A stretch of DNA of 64,000 nt from assembly GCA_943354045.1 (NCBI GenBank), contig CALRBF010000003.1, positions 4,703 to 68,702 of the forward strand. The letters are read 5' to 3'. The translations under genes were made by a program, and so were the position numbers. Below are positions 49,337 through 59,154 of this stretch, piece by piece; positions within the stretch are counted from its first letter, which is position 1; every line of letters starts with the position of its first letter. The DNA is from Parcubacteria group bacterium (GTDB lineage: Bacteria; Patescibacteriota; Minisyncoccia; SW-4-49-11). Below the pieces are notes generated by a model. That model searched no databases. It saw nothing but the letters and a program-made list of their open reading frames with translations, and was not told the origin of the DNA.

Positions 49337-50440
49337 TTATAATTGTGTTATTTTTACCTCTAAATTGTCACTATCCCAACTAGCACAACATGGTATTCCT
49401 CCTCTATAAGCTCTTGGGAAATTTGGAAAAGATTTTCCTTTTACTCCAATAATATGGAATAATTGCACCCCTTTTCCTGTGAGACTATGGGTTAACTCTC
49501 GGGAAGGTTCTGGATACACTTCATTTATTATGATAACTTTTTCATTAAAATAAAGCAAATTTTCTTGTAATGCCTTTTGATTTGCAACATTAAGAATAAT
49601 AACTTTTTCTTTTACTTTTTTCAAAATATCTTCAATAGAGTGTGAGTCTGAATCTTGTTTGTCTACACAATACACCTCTCTATCTGACATTTCAGCTACA
49701 AATTTATTCCCTATAAAGCCTTTGCCTCCTAATACAATAATAGGAGTTGTATTAGGAAGCTTTAACTCATCAATAGCTTTCAATACTGCTTGCTTCACTG
49801 CTTTTACTGTAACATCTAATTCTATTGGCAGTGTATGAATAATATTTTTTTTATAGAATAAACCAGGTAATATTCCTGCAAAAGTCATTTGATCGGCTTC
49901 TAATAAAGATTTGAGATAATTCATTCTCAGCCATAATATTCGTAAATTTTCAATATTATTTTCATCTCTAAAATCTTCTTCTGTAGAAGATATTGCAAAT
50001 TGAATACCAATTTTTCCATTTTGAATAAAAAACCCCGTAAACCATGGGTTCCATTTAGTCTCCTCTAAAACATTATCAAATACATATTCTGTCGCAAATT
50101 TATGATTAGCAGGATATGCTAAAAATACTGTTTTAATAATAGGAAATCGTTTATTTATAGTCCCTACTAAAGCCCATACCATACGATTATTCAATATAAG
50201 ATTGATGCTCAAAACAAATAATCGGCGTATTCGCCGCTTCACAGACTTTATTTTTAATAATAGATAGGTAATCCAAATAATACCAAATAGACTCAATGCT
50301 AAAAGCCATAGAGATATAAGTAAATCACTTTCTCTAGTTGCAAATAAATATATAACTAATATGATATATCCTATATATACTGCTATCAATAAAGAGAGCT
50401 CAGCTAAAAATAATAATTTCTGGGCAGAAAATCTAGCCAT
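49337..50440 (-). CDS. Hypothetical membrane-anchored protein with Rossmann-like GxGxxG segment
   Basis: 367 aa. Two N-terminal TM helices. IIVLGGKGFIGNKFV suggests a nucleotide-binding fold. Confidence 0.35.
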   Translation of the reverse strand: MARFSAQKLLFLAELSLLIAVYIGYIILVIYLFATRESDLLISLWLLALSLFGIIWITYLLLKIKSVKRRIRRLFVLSINLILNNRMVWALVGTINKRFPIIKTVFLAYPANHKFATEYVFDNVLEETKWNPWFTGFFIQNGKIGIQFAISSTEEDFRDENNIENLRILWLRMNYLKSLLEADQMTFAGILPGLFYKKNIIHTLPIELDVTVKAVKQAVLKAIDELKLPNTTPIIVLGGKGFIGNKFVAEMSDREVYCVDKQDSDSHSIEDILKKVKEKVIILNVANQKALQENLLYFNEKVIIINEVYPEPSRELTHSLTGKGVQLFHIIGVKGKSFPNFPRAYRGGIPCCASWDSDNLEVKITQL

Positions 50441-50529
50441 ACGATCAAATCATTAATTGCCCCCACCATAACATATCTTTTATATTTTGTCAATACCTGA
50501 CAGTCAAATTAATTCATTTCGAATTCTTT

Positions 50530-51315
50530 CTATTTGAGTACAATAGTCATAGACTTGATTTCACGGCGAGTAAATTCACTGAGAGCATACAGGGCTAGTA
50601 TAAGACCCATTATTTCGAGAAACTCTTCGATATGAGATAGTTGTACATACCAATTAGTAAGCCCCTCCGTGCTCAATACTAGACCTCCAATAGCCTCCAC
50701 TCCAATAACACCAAGAACATATATGATACCCCCTGTTATCAAATAAAATCGTATATTACGTGGTAATCGGAATAAAAATTGTATATAAGCAAGTCCCACA
50801 ATCAAGGCAATAGCCAGCCCTACTATTATCCATGACTGATATAACCAACCGGTTAATCCAAATGCATTACGCAAAGGCTCTATCAATAATTCATGCAAAC
50901 CTCCCACCTCATCCAAAGCAATATATACAAATAAACAAGCCAGCCCTCTCCAACCAGCAGATTTTTTCCCTTGAGACTTCATACTAGATGCAATCAAGGA
51001 AGCCATCAAAGCAGTATATAATGCAATAGAAGCGGTAAACCATGTCGGAATATTCGCCTCCTGATCTACATTGAATACTCGGCTCGGCTCTGACATAATA
51101 CTATAGGAGAGTGAAGCTTTTTTCTCCAATAATTCATCCCCTTGGGGAGATACAATAGCACTAATCACAATTAATATTACTGCAATCAATACCATTCCAA
51201 TTATCACCATTCTTTGATTCCAGTATATCATTTCTATTCTTATCGATTCTGTCTCTCGTATTGTATATATTGTATTATAAAATAACGTATTTAGATAGAG
51301 AAAAGCCCGACACAT
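50530..51315 (-). CDS. Hypothetical polytopic membrane protein
   Basis: 261 aa, ~7 predicted TM helices, no recognisable family. Confidence 0.35.
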   Translation of the reverse strand: MCRAFLYLNTLFYNTIYTIRETESIRIEMIYWNQRMVIIGMVLIAVILIVISAIVSPQGDELLEKKASLSYSIMSEPSRVFNVDQEANIPTWFTASIALYTALMASLIASSMKSQGKKSAGWRGLACLFVYIALDEVGGLHELLIEPLRNAFGLTGWLYQSWIIVGLAIALIVGLAYIQFLFRLPRNIRFYLITGGIIYVLGVIGVEAIGGLVLSTEGLTNWYVQLSHIEEFLEIMGLILALYALSEFTRREIKSMTIVLK

Positions 51316-51349
51316 GGTGCCGGGCTGATAGAGTTTTAGTTGAGACGAA

Positions 51350-51823
51350 TCAATCTCCAGTCTTCATTCCTTCAATCTTGATAGCTGCTTTTTGAACTTC
51401 CATGAGCTGATCCGAGATAAAGAACTCATCATCTCCTGTAGTGAAACAATTACAGCAGATATTCCCTAATTGAATGGAACAATTGTGGAGCCCTGAAACA
51501 TAGCGGGACAATGCCTGATTCAGAGCGCAATCTCCCAGAATCTGACTAATTTGTTCAGCTAATGTATCTTGTTCATCAAGGTAAACAAGCCTATACTGCC
51601 CCTCTCCAGCCAGAGCTTTGACTTGCTTATCGAATTCTCCTCCAGGACAGTTCTCTGCAAAGCATTTAGCTTTCTGAAGAATAAACTGTAGTGCTTCAGG
51701 GAAGTATTGCATCAATCCTTCAATTGGATTCCCCTTTCCCCAAACTTTTTGGGCATCTTGGCATTTCATCAGATTAAAGTCAAAGGACAGAGCTGGTAAT
51801 GTTCCCATTACCAAAGAACCCAT
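51350..51823 (-). CDS. Cysteine-rich hypothetical protein, candidate metal-binding
   Basis: 157 aa with many Cys, including a CCNC cluster. Immediately downstream of two metallocenter-assembly NTPase genes. Confidence 0.35.
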   Translation of the reverse strand: MGSLVMGTLPALSFDFNLMKCQDAQKVWGKGNPIEGLMQYFPEALQFILQKAKCFAENCPGGEFDKQVKALAGEGQYRLVYLDEQDTLAEQISQILGDCALNQALSRYVSGLHNCSIQLGNICCNCFTTGDDEFFISDQLMEVQKAAIKIEGMKTGD

Positions 51824-51849
51824 TCTCGCGAGCTCTTTGGTAACGGCAA

Positions 51850-52704
51850 CTAATTATGAGAGAATTCGTGATTACGTTGAAATTTCTTTATGGTTCTTTC
51901 TAAACGATTATTCTGAGATAGCTTTTGTGCATGTTCGAATATCATGGACAGCTCATCACTCCACTCTGAAACTAAGAGCGAGGGATTTCTTTTTAAATTC
52001 GTACTTTCCATTAAGTAAGCAATAGGAACCTCCCCCAAACTTTCCTCAATAAAGTTTTTATCTTCACTTGAAGCTATTTTATTCCCTACAAACATATAAG
52101 GGGTTTTATAAAATTTCATTAATTCTGCAATTTGCTTTGCAGTTTTGATACTATGTAATGCTGGTTCACAAACTATTACTCCAATATCCACCCCTGTAAT
52201 AATTCCTGTAGATACTCCATCTGCCCCAGCTTTCTCATCAATTACCACAACCTCATTTTCTTGAAGCTCTAATAAAGGAAGAAGAAGTTTTAATGGAGTA
52301 GTTAAAATATGACTACAAGCTTTTCCATACAGAACATCATCAGTTTGAGGTCCAGCAATCATCAATCGAATACCATTCTCTAATTTCACAGAATACTTCT
52401 CAATTTCAGAAGATAATGGAGATAGAGTGAATCGATGAGTAATCTTTTTAAGAAAGGCCGCAGAATACTTTTCTCCTTTATCCAATCCAACTGCTAATTG
52501 CAAATCCATTAAAGCATTTCCATAATACATTATATCCTTTACATCATCTCCCCCCAGATTATACGAAAGATCCATATTATGATCAGCATCAATAGCTAAA
52601 ACCGATTTATGTTGAGAGTTAAGGTAAAGAGCAATCTGACTAGAAACAGAAGACTTACCACTTCCACCCTTACCCAAAAATGCTAAAATCACATCACCAA
52701 ACAA
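51850..52704 (-). CDS. CooC/MinD-like P-loop ATPase (deviant Walker A)
   Basis: 284 aa. GKGGSGKSS deviant Walker A and LAIDADHN motif as in CooC-type Ni-insertion ATPases. Confidence 0.65.
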   Translation of the reverse strand: MFGDVILAFLGKGGSGKSSVSSQIALYLNSQHKSVLAIDADHNMDLSYNLGGDDVKDIMYYGNALMDLQLAVGLDKGEKYSAAFLKKITHRFTLSPLSSEIEKYSVKLENGIRLMIAGPQTDDVLYGKACSHILTTPLKLLLPLLELQENEVVVIDEKAGADGVSTGIITGVDIGVIVCEPALHSIKTAKQIAELMKFYKTPYMFVGNKIASSEDKNFIEESLGEVPIAYLMESTNLKRNPSLLVSEWSDELSMIFEHAQKLSQNNRLERTIKKFQRNHEFSHN

Positions 52705-53765
52705 TTATCTAATGACTCTATAATCGCTTTTTTATCCATATCAGCTCCAATAAAGACAATTTTCTGTTCCCCCTTGCTCTCTCCAACTTTAGATTTACTC
52801 CAATATCCATACGGATCAAGATTAATAATATTCCCCGCTTGAGACCATAATAAGGCTGTTGTAAGGTCAGAATTATCCCAAGCAAAACCTTTAGACCTCA
52901 CCACTCCTTGTAATGTTCCATTTTGTAATAATTCCATCAACTTTTGTCTATCAAAAGGCTTTTTACTCTCATAGACAAAGCTACTAATCCCATATTCTTC
53001 AGTCTCTGGAGTGTGTTCTCCTCGCATTTCTTTGAGCCACCCTACATTTTGAGAAGCCTTATCAAAATCAAATAATCCCGTATTGAGAATTTGGTCAAGA
53101 GGAATATCCCCTTTGACCGCCTCAATAATTCGAGCATCAGGATTGAGTTTCGCGACAATACCTCGAATAGTTCCTACGGTACCTTTAGAAACCAAGTCAA
53201 CTTTAGATAATACAATTACATCAGCAAATTCAATTTGATCTGTGAGGAGCCCCACAATAGTTCGAGTATCTTCTTCACCAAGAGATTCATCAGTATCCTT
53301 CAGCTGATCCTCTGAGGCAAGATAATTCATAAAGTTAGCAGTATCAACCACCGTCACCATAGTATCTAAGCGAGCAAAATGAGACAAGATATCTCCCGAT
53401 TCATCATCAAAAGTAAAAGTCTCCGCAATAGGTAATGGCTCAGAAATTCCCGTAGACTCAATCACCAGATAATCAAATCGGTTCTCTAAAGCAAGTTTTT
53501 TGACCTCCACCAATAAATCCTCTCTCAGAGTACAACAAATACATCCATTGCTAAGCTCTACCAATTTTTCTTCTGTTTTACTCAGAGATACCTCATTATT
53601 AGCTACCAACTCAGCATCGATATTCACCTCAGACATATCATTCACAATCACCGCAACCTTAAGACCCTGCCTATTTTTGAGAATAGCATTAAGAATAGTG
53701 GTTTTTCCACTACCTAAAAATCCAGATAATACCGTCACTGGTAAACGAGACAAAGTTTCAGACAT
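52689..53765 (-). CDS. COG0523 (CobW/ZigA/YciC-family) metallochaperone GTPase
   Basis: 358 aa. GFLGSGKTT P-loop, CICC metal-binding motif, C-terminal CobW_C-like domain. Confidence 0.85.
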   Translation of the reverse strand: MSETLSRLPVTVLSGFLGSGKTTILNAILKNRQGLKVAVIVNDMSEVNIDAELVANNEVSLSKTEEKLVELSNGCICCTLREDLLVEVKKLALENRFDYLVIESTGISEPLPIAETFTFDDESGDILSHFARLDTMVTVVDTANFMNYLASEDQLKDTDESLGEEDTRTIVGLLTDQIEFADVIVLSKVDLVSKGTVGTIRGIVAKLNPDARIIEAVKGDIPLDQILNTGLFDFDKASQNVGWLKEMRGEHTPETEEYGISSFVYESKKPFDRQKLMELLQNGTLQGVVRSKGFAWDNSDLTTALLWSQAGNIINLDPYGYWSKSKVGESKGEQKIVFIGADMDKKAIIESLDNCLVM

Positions 53766-53807
53766 AGAATATTCTTATATCTGTACAGTATATCGTATAT
53801 GCATATA

Positions 53808-53828
53808 TAATGCAAATCATTTGCAATA
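53808..53828. promoter_or_regulatory. 21-bp palindrome taaTGCAAATcATTTGCAata in the divergent promoter region upstream of the COG0523 gene; candidate metalloregulator operator
   Basis: 7-1-7 perfect inverted repeat (9 of 10 with flanks), overlapping a plausible minus-strand promoter (TTGCAT-17-TATACT). Confidence 0.4.
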
Positions 53829-53883
53829 GGATATAGAGAGTATACTTAATTATGCTATAATATTATTATCAACTAAATTTAAA

Positions 53884-54168
53884 ATGATGGCACATACAGA
53901 TTCTAAAGACTTACAAGCCAAACTTGAACCAACTCAATATAATATAGAAGTCGGAGCTTATTATTATCATTACAAAAACCCCCAAACTCATTACCAAGTT
54001 CTCCATATAGCCCTGTCCGAATGGGATGAAGAGCCAGTAGTAGTCTACCAAAGTCTAGCCGACTCAATCATCTGGGTAAGGAAAGTAAGTGGCGAAAATG
54101 GCTGGGACACCCCCATCACCCTAGCTGACGGTGAAGTGGTGAATAGATTTGAGAGAGTGAGGGGGTAA
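53884..54168 (+). CDS. DUF1653-family small protein
   Basis: 94 aa. YYHYKNPQTHYQVLHIA...VVVYQSL matches the DUF1653 core. Confidence 0.55.
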   Translation: MMAHTDSKDLQAKLEPTQYNIEVGAYYYHYKNPQTHYQVLHIALSEWDEEPVVVYQSLADSIIWVRKVSGENGWDTPITLADGEVVNRFERVRG

Positions 54169-54170
54169 GC

Positions 54171-54515
54171 CTATTTTCTATTTTTCCCCAATCCAAAACT
54201 AACTACATAGAAGGAGATAAAAATTGCAACACTATGAGTGAGTTGACTAGAGGGAATTTGTACTTCCTTATCAACCACATTGTCTAATTGATCCATCTCT
54301 AAATATAACATTTGTAGAGCATACCAATACAAGACTATAGCTACTAAAACTAATATAATTTTATCTAAACTTTTTGCTTGTAGGGACATTTTTAAGCCGA
54401 TCAGAATTATAAAAGGTATTATAAACTGACCAAACATAAATGGTAAAAAGTATAATATTATTGCTATTACTAATATTATTGTAAGTTTTAGAAGGTTAAT
54501 TTTGATTATATTCAT
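54171..54515 (-). CDS. Small hypothetical membrane protein
   Basis: 114 aa, 3 TM helices. Confidence 0.3.
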   Translation of the reverse strand: MNIIKINLLKLTIILVIAIILYFLPFMFGQFIIPFIILIGLKMSLQAKSLDKIILVLVAIVLYWYALQMLYLEMDQLDNVVDKEVQIPSSQLTHSVAIFISFYVVSFGLGKNRK

Positions 54516-54544
54516 TTACTATTTACTAAATATTTTTAATTTCT

Positions 54545-54853
54545 TTACTTCTTCAAATCTCTTGCCTTACGAACAAGATATAATTGTCTTAACATGAGAA
54601 TATAATTAATAGTCATCCATGTAATATGTTTTACCCAACTAGATTCTCCTTCAACTCCAGATACAATCTCCATACCAATACTAAAATTTACTCCCATAAT
54701 AGATACAAAGAATATTCCTACCACCCAAAGTAATCTTCTCTGATATTTCAATATAGATATTTGTAACCATAATAACAGAATAAATGGGAAAAACTGTATA
54801 TATAATAATAGTATTACTACTATTATGTTTTCCCATATAATATTCCATTCCAT
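54545..54853 (-). CDS. Small hypothetical membrane protein
   Basis: 102 aa, 2-3 TM helices. Confidence 0.3.
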   Translation of the reverse strand: MEWNIIWENIIVVILLLYIQFFPFILLLWLQISILKYQRRLLWVVGIFFVSIMGVNFSIGMEIVSGVEGESSWVKHITWMTINYILMLRQLYLVRKARDLKK

Positions 54854-54861
54854 ATATTTAC

Positions 54862-55392
54862 TTACTCAATACTAAACTCTATTTTTGCTCCCATACCAGG
54901 TGATATATATTCAATAATATTTTCTCTTTTTTTAGTACCCTCAAATATATAATTAATATCTATAGAACAATCTTCTGGGATCTTAATCCAAATTGTCTTC
55001 TTATCCTCTTTTTCTAATTTACCAATCATTTTTTCTTCACATCCTAAAATTTGTATATCTGTCACTGTGCTTGAGGTAGAATTAATCAAGTTAATTCTTA
55101 CATAATTAGTCAACATTATAGCAAAATAACTATATGCAATTACTATCAAAATATTTAGTACTATTATACTACAAGATTTTAGCTTTATATTTGTACTATT
55201 TTTACTAAAAATTATGATACATCCTAAAATAATACTTATTATAAGAATTATTATCCCTATAAAATAACTTATAAAAATAATATCTATTGATAAAGTTATA
55301 TAATACATCCCAAATAAAACTGTCTCTATCAGGAAAAATATTAGTGCTGTTATGACTGTAAATTTTTGTAAGCTCATATAATCTAATACCAA
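54862..55392 (-). CDS. Hypothetical membrane-anchored protein
   Basis: 176 aa. N-terminal TM helices then a soluble beta-rich tail. Overlaps the upstream gene by 10 nt. Confidence 0.3.
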   Translation of the reverse strand: MVLDYMSLQKFTVITALIFFLIETVLFGMYYITLSIDIIFISYFIGIIILIISIILGCIIIFSKNSTNIKLKSCSIIVLNILIVIAYSYFAIMLTNYVRINLINSTSSTVTDIQILGCEEKMIGKLEKEDKKTIWIKIPEDCSIDINYIFEGTKKRENIIEYISPGMGAKIEFSIE

Positions 55393-56420
55393 ATTAATAA
55401 TTTACTCTGAACTCCACTCACACACCTTTCGCGCAAAAAATTTGTTGATCCAGACCATGCTCCTATAACTCTTCCTACTGCATTATTATGTAAATCCATA
55501 TTTCTATATATACCACTACTTCCTGATTCATGCCTAGTACCTATTTCATATGAATGCTTTGCACCAATAACTTGGACCATTCTTCCACTCCAATAACAAT
55601 GTCTAACTGCATCTGCCCCACCATTACTAAGCGACCACCCATATTGTCTATGGATAGATAGGGCTACGTTTTCCGCCTCTTTTCTAATAGATCCACTGGC
55701 TAATCTACATGCATTTGTATTCCAGGGCAATGCACAATACTGTATTTCACTCCAAGTAGGATCCGCCACCACAGGGTAAACAACACCAGGAACATTATGT
55801 TCTACATGTTGTATGAGAGTAAGTCCATCAGTACTAAACCACGTTTTTACTTCTTTTCCATTAGCATCTTTTGCCCAAGGTTTCCCAATAATAGATATAG
55901 CAGTATTGCTATTATCATATAATACCGCACTCCCATCAGATTGCAACTCTATTTTTCCACCCGCTGGTAAATCTACCTTATACTCATATTCAGTAGGAGC
56001 ATCGGGATTATCTATGATGGTGGTCATTCTTACTGAGCCATCATTATTGGCTTGTACAGTATTACTAAAGTCTGATTCGCTAGCATAAGCAACTACTCCT
56101 TTTGCTATGATTGCTCCTTCTTGAGGCTTGTCTAATTCTGGTAACATAATATTAATAGATGCCCCCCCTGCTTTTATATTTACTGCCTCATCTGGATTCT
56201 TTGGAATATCTATTGTACTATTATTTGTCTTGACTATTCCTGCAGAATCTTGATCTGATTTGAGATTTACTTGTGACGATTCTTGTAATAAACCTTCTAT
56301 TCCTTCTAATGATTGCTTAATTTCAACTGTCTCAGTGTCTATTGCTTGAGCTAATGTTATTGGATATACTTGAACTAACCCAATAGCTATTACCATTATC
56401 TGTATAAGTCTCTTTCTCAA
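55383..56420 (-). CDS. Secreted protein with signal peptide and a conserved-looking C-terminal His/Cys/Trp-rich domain
   Basis: 345 aa. Signal peptide MRKRLIQIMVIAIGLVQVYPITLAQA. C-terminal ~110 aa contain RHCYWSGRM...AKHSYEIGTRHESG, suggestive of a catalytic module of unknown type. Confidence 0.45.
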   Translation of the reverse strand: MRKRLIQIMVIAIGLVQVYPITLAQAIDTETVEIKQSLEGIEGLLQESSQVNLKSDQDSAGIVKTNNSTIDIPKNPDEAVNIKAGGASINIMLPELDKPQEGAIIAKGVVAYASESDFSNTVQANNDGSVRMTTIIDNPDAPTEYEYKVDLPAGGKIELQSDGSAVLYDNSNTAISIIGKPWAKDANGKEVKTWFSTDGLTLIQHVEHNVPGVVYPVVADPTWSEIQYCALPWNTNACRLASGSIRKEAENVALSIHRQYGWSLSNGGADAVRHCYWSGRMVQVIGAKHSYEIGTRHESGSSGIYRNMDLHNNAVGRVIGAWSGSTNFLRERCVSGVQSKLLIWY

Positions 56421-56483
56421 ACTCTTAAATTTAACTTTAATTTATATTTAAATTCTATATAATTTGTCAGCTACTGTCAAGTT

Positions 56484-57254
56484 TTAACTCCTCAATCCAA
56501 CACCTCGGCGGAGTAGCATTAAGTCTGTAATAGAGAGTACCAGGACGAGCATTATGAGAATGGTGACAGATATTCCAATATTGACATCAGATATTCCAAA
56601 AAATCCATATCTGAATCCATTTACCATATAGAGAATAGGATTGAATTTGGATATATTTTGCCAGAATTCTGGGAGAGCATTAACAGAATAGAATACTCCT
56701 CCAAGATAAGTAAGCGGGGTCAAGACAAAGGTCGGGACAATAGCAGTATGGTCAAATTTTTTAGCAAATACGGCATTCATAAGCCCCCCTAGTGAGAATA
56801 CTACAGCTGTTAGAACTGAGAACAGAATTACTGCCCATAAATTTACAATCGTAAGCTTGGTAAATAATAATGAGATAATCAGTACCAGAACTCCCACCAC
56901 AAGTCCTCGTACAACACCCCCAATCACATAACCCCAGACAATCACCCAGTTTGGGGTTGGAGAAACTAATGTATCCTCTATCCCTTTACTAAGTTTTGCC
57001 CCAAAAAATGATCCCACTACATTCATAAAAGCATTGGTAATAATCGCCATCATCACCAGTCCCGGGACAATGAACTGCATATAACTCACACCCTGTATAT
57101 CCTGAATTTGTGAGCCTACAAATGAACCAAAAATGAGAAAATAGAGACTTGTCGTAATCACCGAAGGCAATAATGTTTGTGTCCAGATTCGGAAGATTCG
57201 AATCATTTCTTTATTGACAATAGTATATAATGGTATCCAAATAGGTGCTTTCAT
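56484..57254 (-). CDS. ABC-2 type transporter permease
   Basis: 256 aa, 6 TM helices. Adjacent to its ATPase. Confidence 0.7.
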   Translation of the reverse strand: MKAPIWIPLYTIVNKEMIRIFRIWTQTLLPSVITTSLYFLIFGSFVGSQIQDIQGVSYMQFIVPGLVMMAIITNAFMNVVGSFFGAKLSKGIEDTLVSPTPNWVIVWGYVIGGVVRGLVVGVLVLIISLLFTKLTIVNLWAVILFSVLTAVVFSLGGLMNAVFAKKFDHTAIVPTFVLTPLTYLGGVFYSVNALPEFWQNISKFNPILYMVNGFRYGFFGISDVNIGISVTILIMLVLVLSITDLMLLRRGVGLRS

Positions 57255-57255
57255 A

Positions 57256-58161
57256 TTAATCCTTCACTTTATTAATAAATACTTCTTCTAACCTGTTCGT
57301 CTTATTCCTAATTCCTGTCACTTGTAACCCCTTGCTATGGAGTTCATTAGTAATAGTATACAAATCCTCACCCTGTAATAAATCTGTCTCTAGTCTCCCT
57401 TCTTCTATAACTCTATACCTTTTAGGCAATCCCTTAATCTCTCCAACCGTATCTAGAACCAAAGTATCTTTTTTAAGCTCTGATAATAATGCTTTGACCG
57501 TACCAATTTCTAAGATATTACCTTTATTAATAATTCCTACTCTATCGCATAGATTCTCCGCCTCCTCCAGATAATGGGTAGTCAGGATAATAGTTACCCC
57601 TTCCTGATTTAGCTCCCTCACAAATTCCCACATCTCACGCCTCAAGTCCACATCCACTCCTGCTGATGGCTCATCCAGTATAAGTATTTCTGGTTTATGA
57701 ATCAGAGCACGGACAATCATCAGACGCCTTTTCATACCTCCAGATAGCTTCATCGAGACAGTATCTTTTTTGTCCCAAAGTCCCAGTCGTTTTAGTAAAA
57801 TTTCAGCCCGCTCTTTAGCCTCCCCTGCTGGCATACCATAATATCCCGCTTGCTGTACTACAATATCCTCCACCTTTTCAAACCAATGAAAATTAAATTC
57901 CTGTGGCACCACCCCTAGATAAGTCTTGGCCTCTGAGGGAAATTTTGCAAAATCCAAACCATTAATTATAATCTCTCCTGAAGTTTTATTAGCAAGAGTA
58001 GTGAGTACATTAATTAATGTTGACTTTCCCGCTCCATTTGGCCCGAGTAACCCGAATATCTCTCCTTTATATATAGTTAAATCTACTCCATTGAGAGCTT
58101 TTACCTTACCATCGCTATAGGTCTTATATAACCCCTTTATATCTAATGCAATATCTACCAT
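57256..58161 (-). CDS. ABC transporter ATP-binding protein
   Basis: 301 aa. Walker A GPNGAGKST, signature LSGGMKRRL, Walker B ILILDEPSAGVD. Confidence 0.85.
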   Translation of the reverse strand: MVDIALDIKGLYKTYSDGKVKALNGVDLTIYKGEIFGLLGPNGAGKSTLINVLTTLANKTSGEIIINGLDFAKFPSEAKTYLGVVPQEFNFHWFEKVEDIVVQQAGYYGMPAGEAKERAEILLKRLGLWDKKDTVSMKLSGGMKRRLMIVRALIHKPEILILDEPSAGVDVDLRREMWEFVRELNQEGVTIILTTHYLEEAENLCDRVGIINKGNILEIGTVKALLSELKKDTLVLDTVGEIKGLPKRYRVIEEGRLETDLLQGEDLYTITNELHSKGLQVTGIRNKTNRLEEVFINKVKD

Positions 58162-58164
58162 ATA

Positions 58165-59067
58165 TTATACTTTATCTGAATACTTTTTGAATACTGCAAT
58201 TAATCCAATTCCAATCAATATACTAATCCCTATTCCAAGTATATATTCTGAATCCCATGGAGTTTGTAATATATAACTTTTATCATTTACCTCAAAAAAT
58301 GGCCACATTGCCCGTAATGATGCCAAGAGAATTCCCGTAATAATAGCCATAATAATACTATGATAAGAAGCTAAGGCTTTTTTGATTAAATTAATGAAGA
58401 GTAAAAATCCCACTCCAAGTCCACTAAAAAATACAATCAGTGGTAAAAGAGCAGTAAAATCTAATCCCACAATATCCCCCACTAACCCAAGAATATACTG
58501 ATATAATCCCATTGCAACCAAAACAGTAGAACCACCTGATCCGAGTAACATAGAAGCAACCCCCAAAACTCCCCCAATAAAAATATATCCATAAGATGGG
58601 CTCGCAACAAGCTCAGTAGGAGTCAATGAGAATACTCCAAAGAAAACAATACTAGATACGATAAAAAGAATATAATGCAATGATTCTTTTTTATGAATAC
58701 TTGCCCATGGCACTGAGATAGATGCCAAAATAAGCCCAAAGAAAAACCCATATACATATTGAGGTGCAATATCTAATAATGTATGCAAAAGCTGAGATAA
58801 TCCAATTACCGCAATCAAGGTTCCAATACATAATGAAATCCCAAATCCCCAAGGAATAGCCTGAGCCACCGCCTTAACTTCAGACCATTTCCCACGACGC
58901 AATATGATGACAGCAAATCCCGTTTTAATCAACTGAGAAATCTGAAAAAGAATATCAATGAATTTTTCATATATTCCCAAGACCAAAGCCAATGTTGCGG
59001 CATTAAGTCCAGGGATAAGCTCTGCTACCCCCATCGCAATTCCTTGTAATACGGTAATTAAATTCAT
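58165..59067 (-). CDS. Polytopic membrane protein, possibly DUF368-like
   Basis: 300 aa. N-terminal GVAELIPGLNAATLALVLG segment resembles the DUF368 signature. Weak match only. Confidence 0.4.
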   Translation of the reverse strand: MNLITVLQGIAMGVAELIPGLNAATLALVLGIYEKFIDILFQISQLIKTGFAVIILRRGKWSEVKAVAQAIPWGFGISLCIGTLIAVIGLSQLLHTLLDIAPQYVYGFFFGLILASISVPWASIHKKESLHYILFIVSSIVFFGVFSLTPTELVASPSYGYIFIGGVLGVASMLLGSGGSTVLVAMGLYQYILGLVGDIVGLDFTALLPLIVFFSGLGVGFLLFINLIKKALASYHSIIMAIITGILLASLRAMWPFFEVNDKSYILQTPWDSEYILGIGISILIGIGLIAVFKKYSDKV

Positions 59068-59154
59068 ATACTTTTATACTAAAATATTAGACCTATTATA
59101 GCATAAAGTATGAGACAATGATATAATAGATACAATTGTCAGTAAAAACATGTT

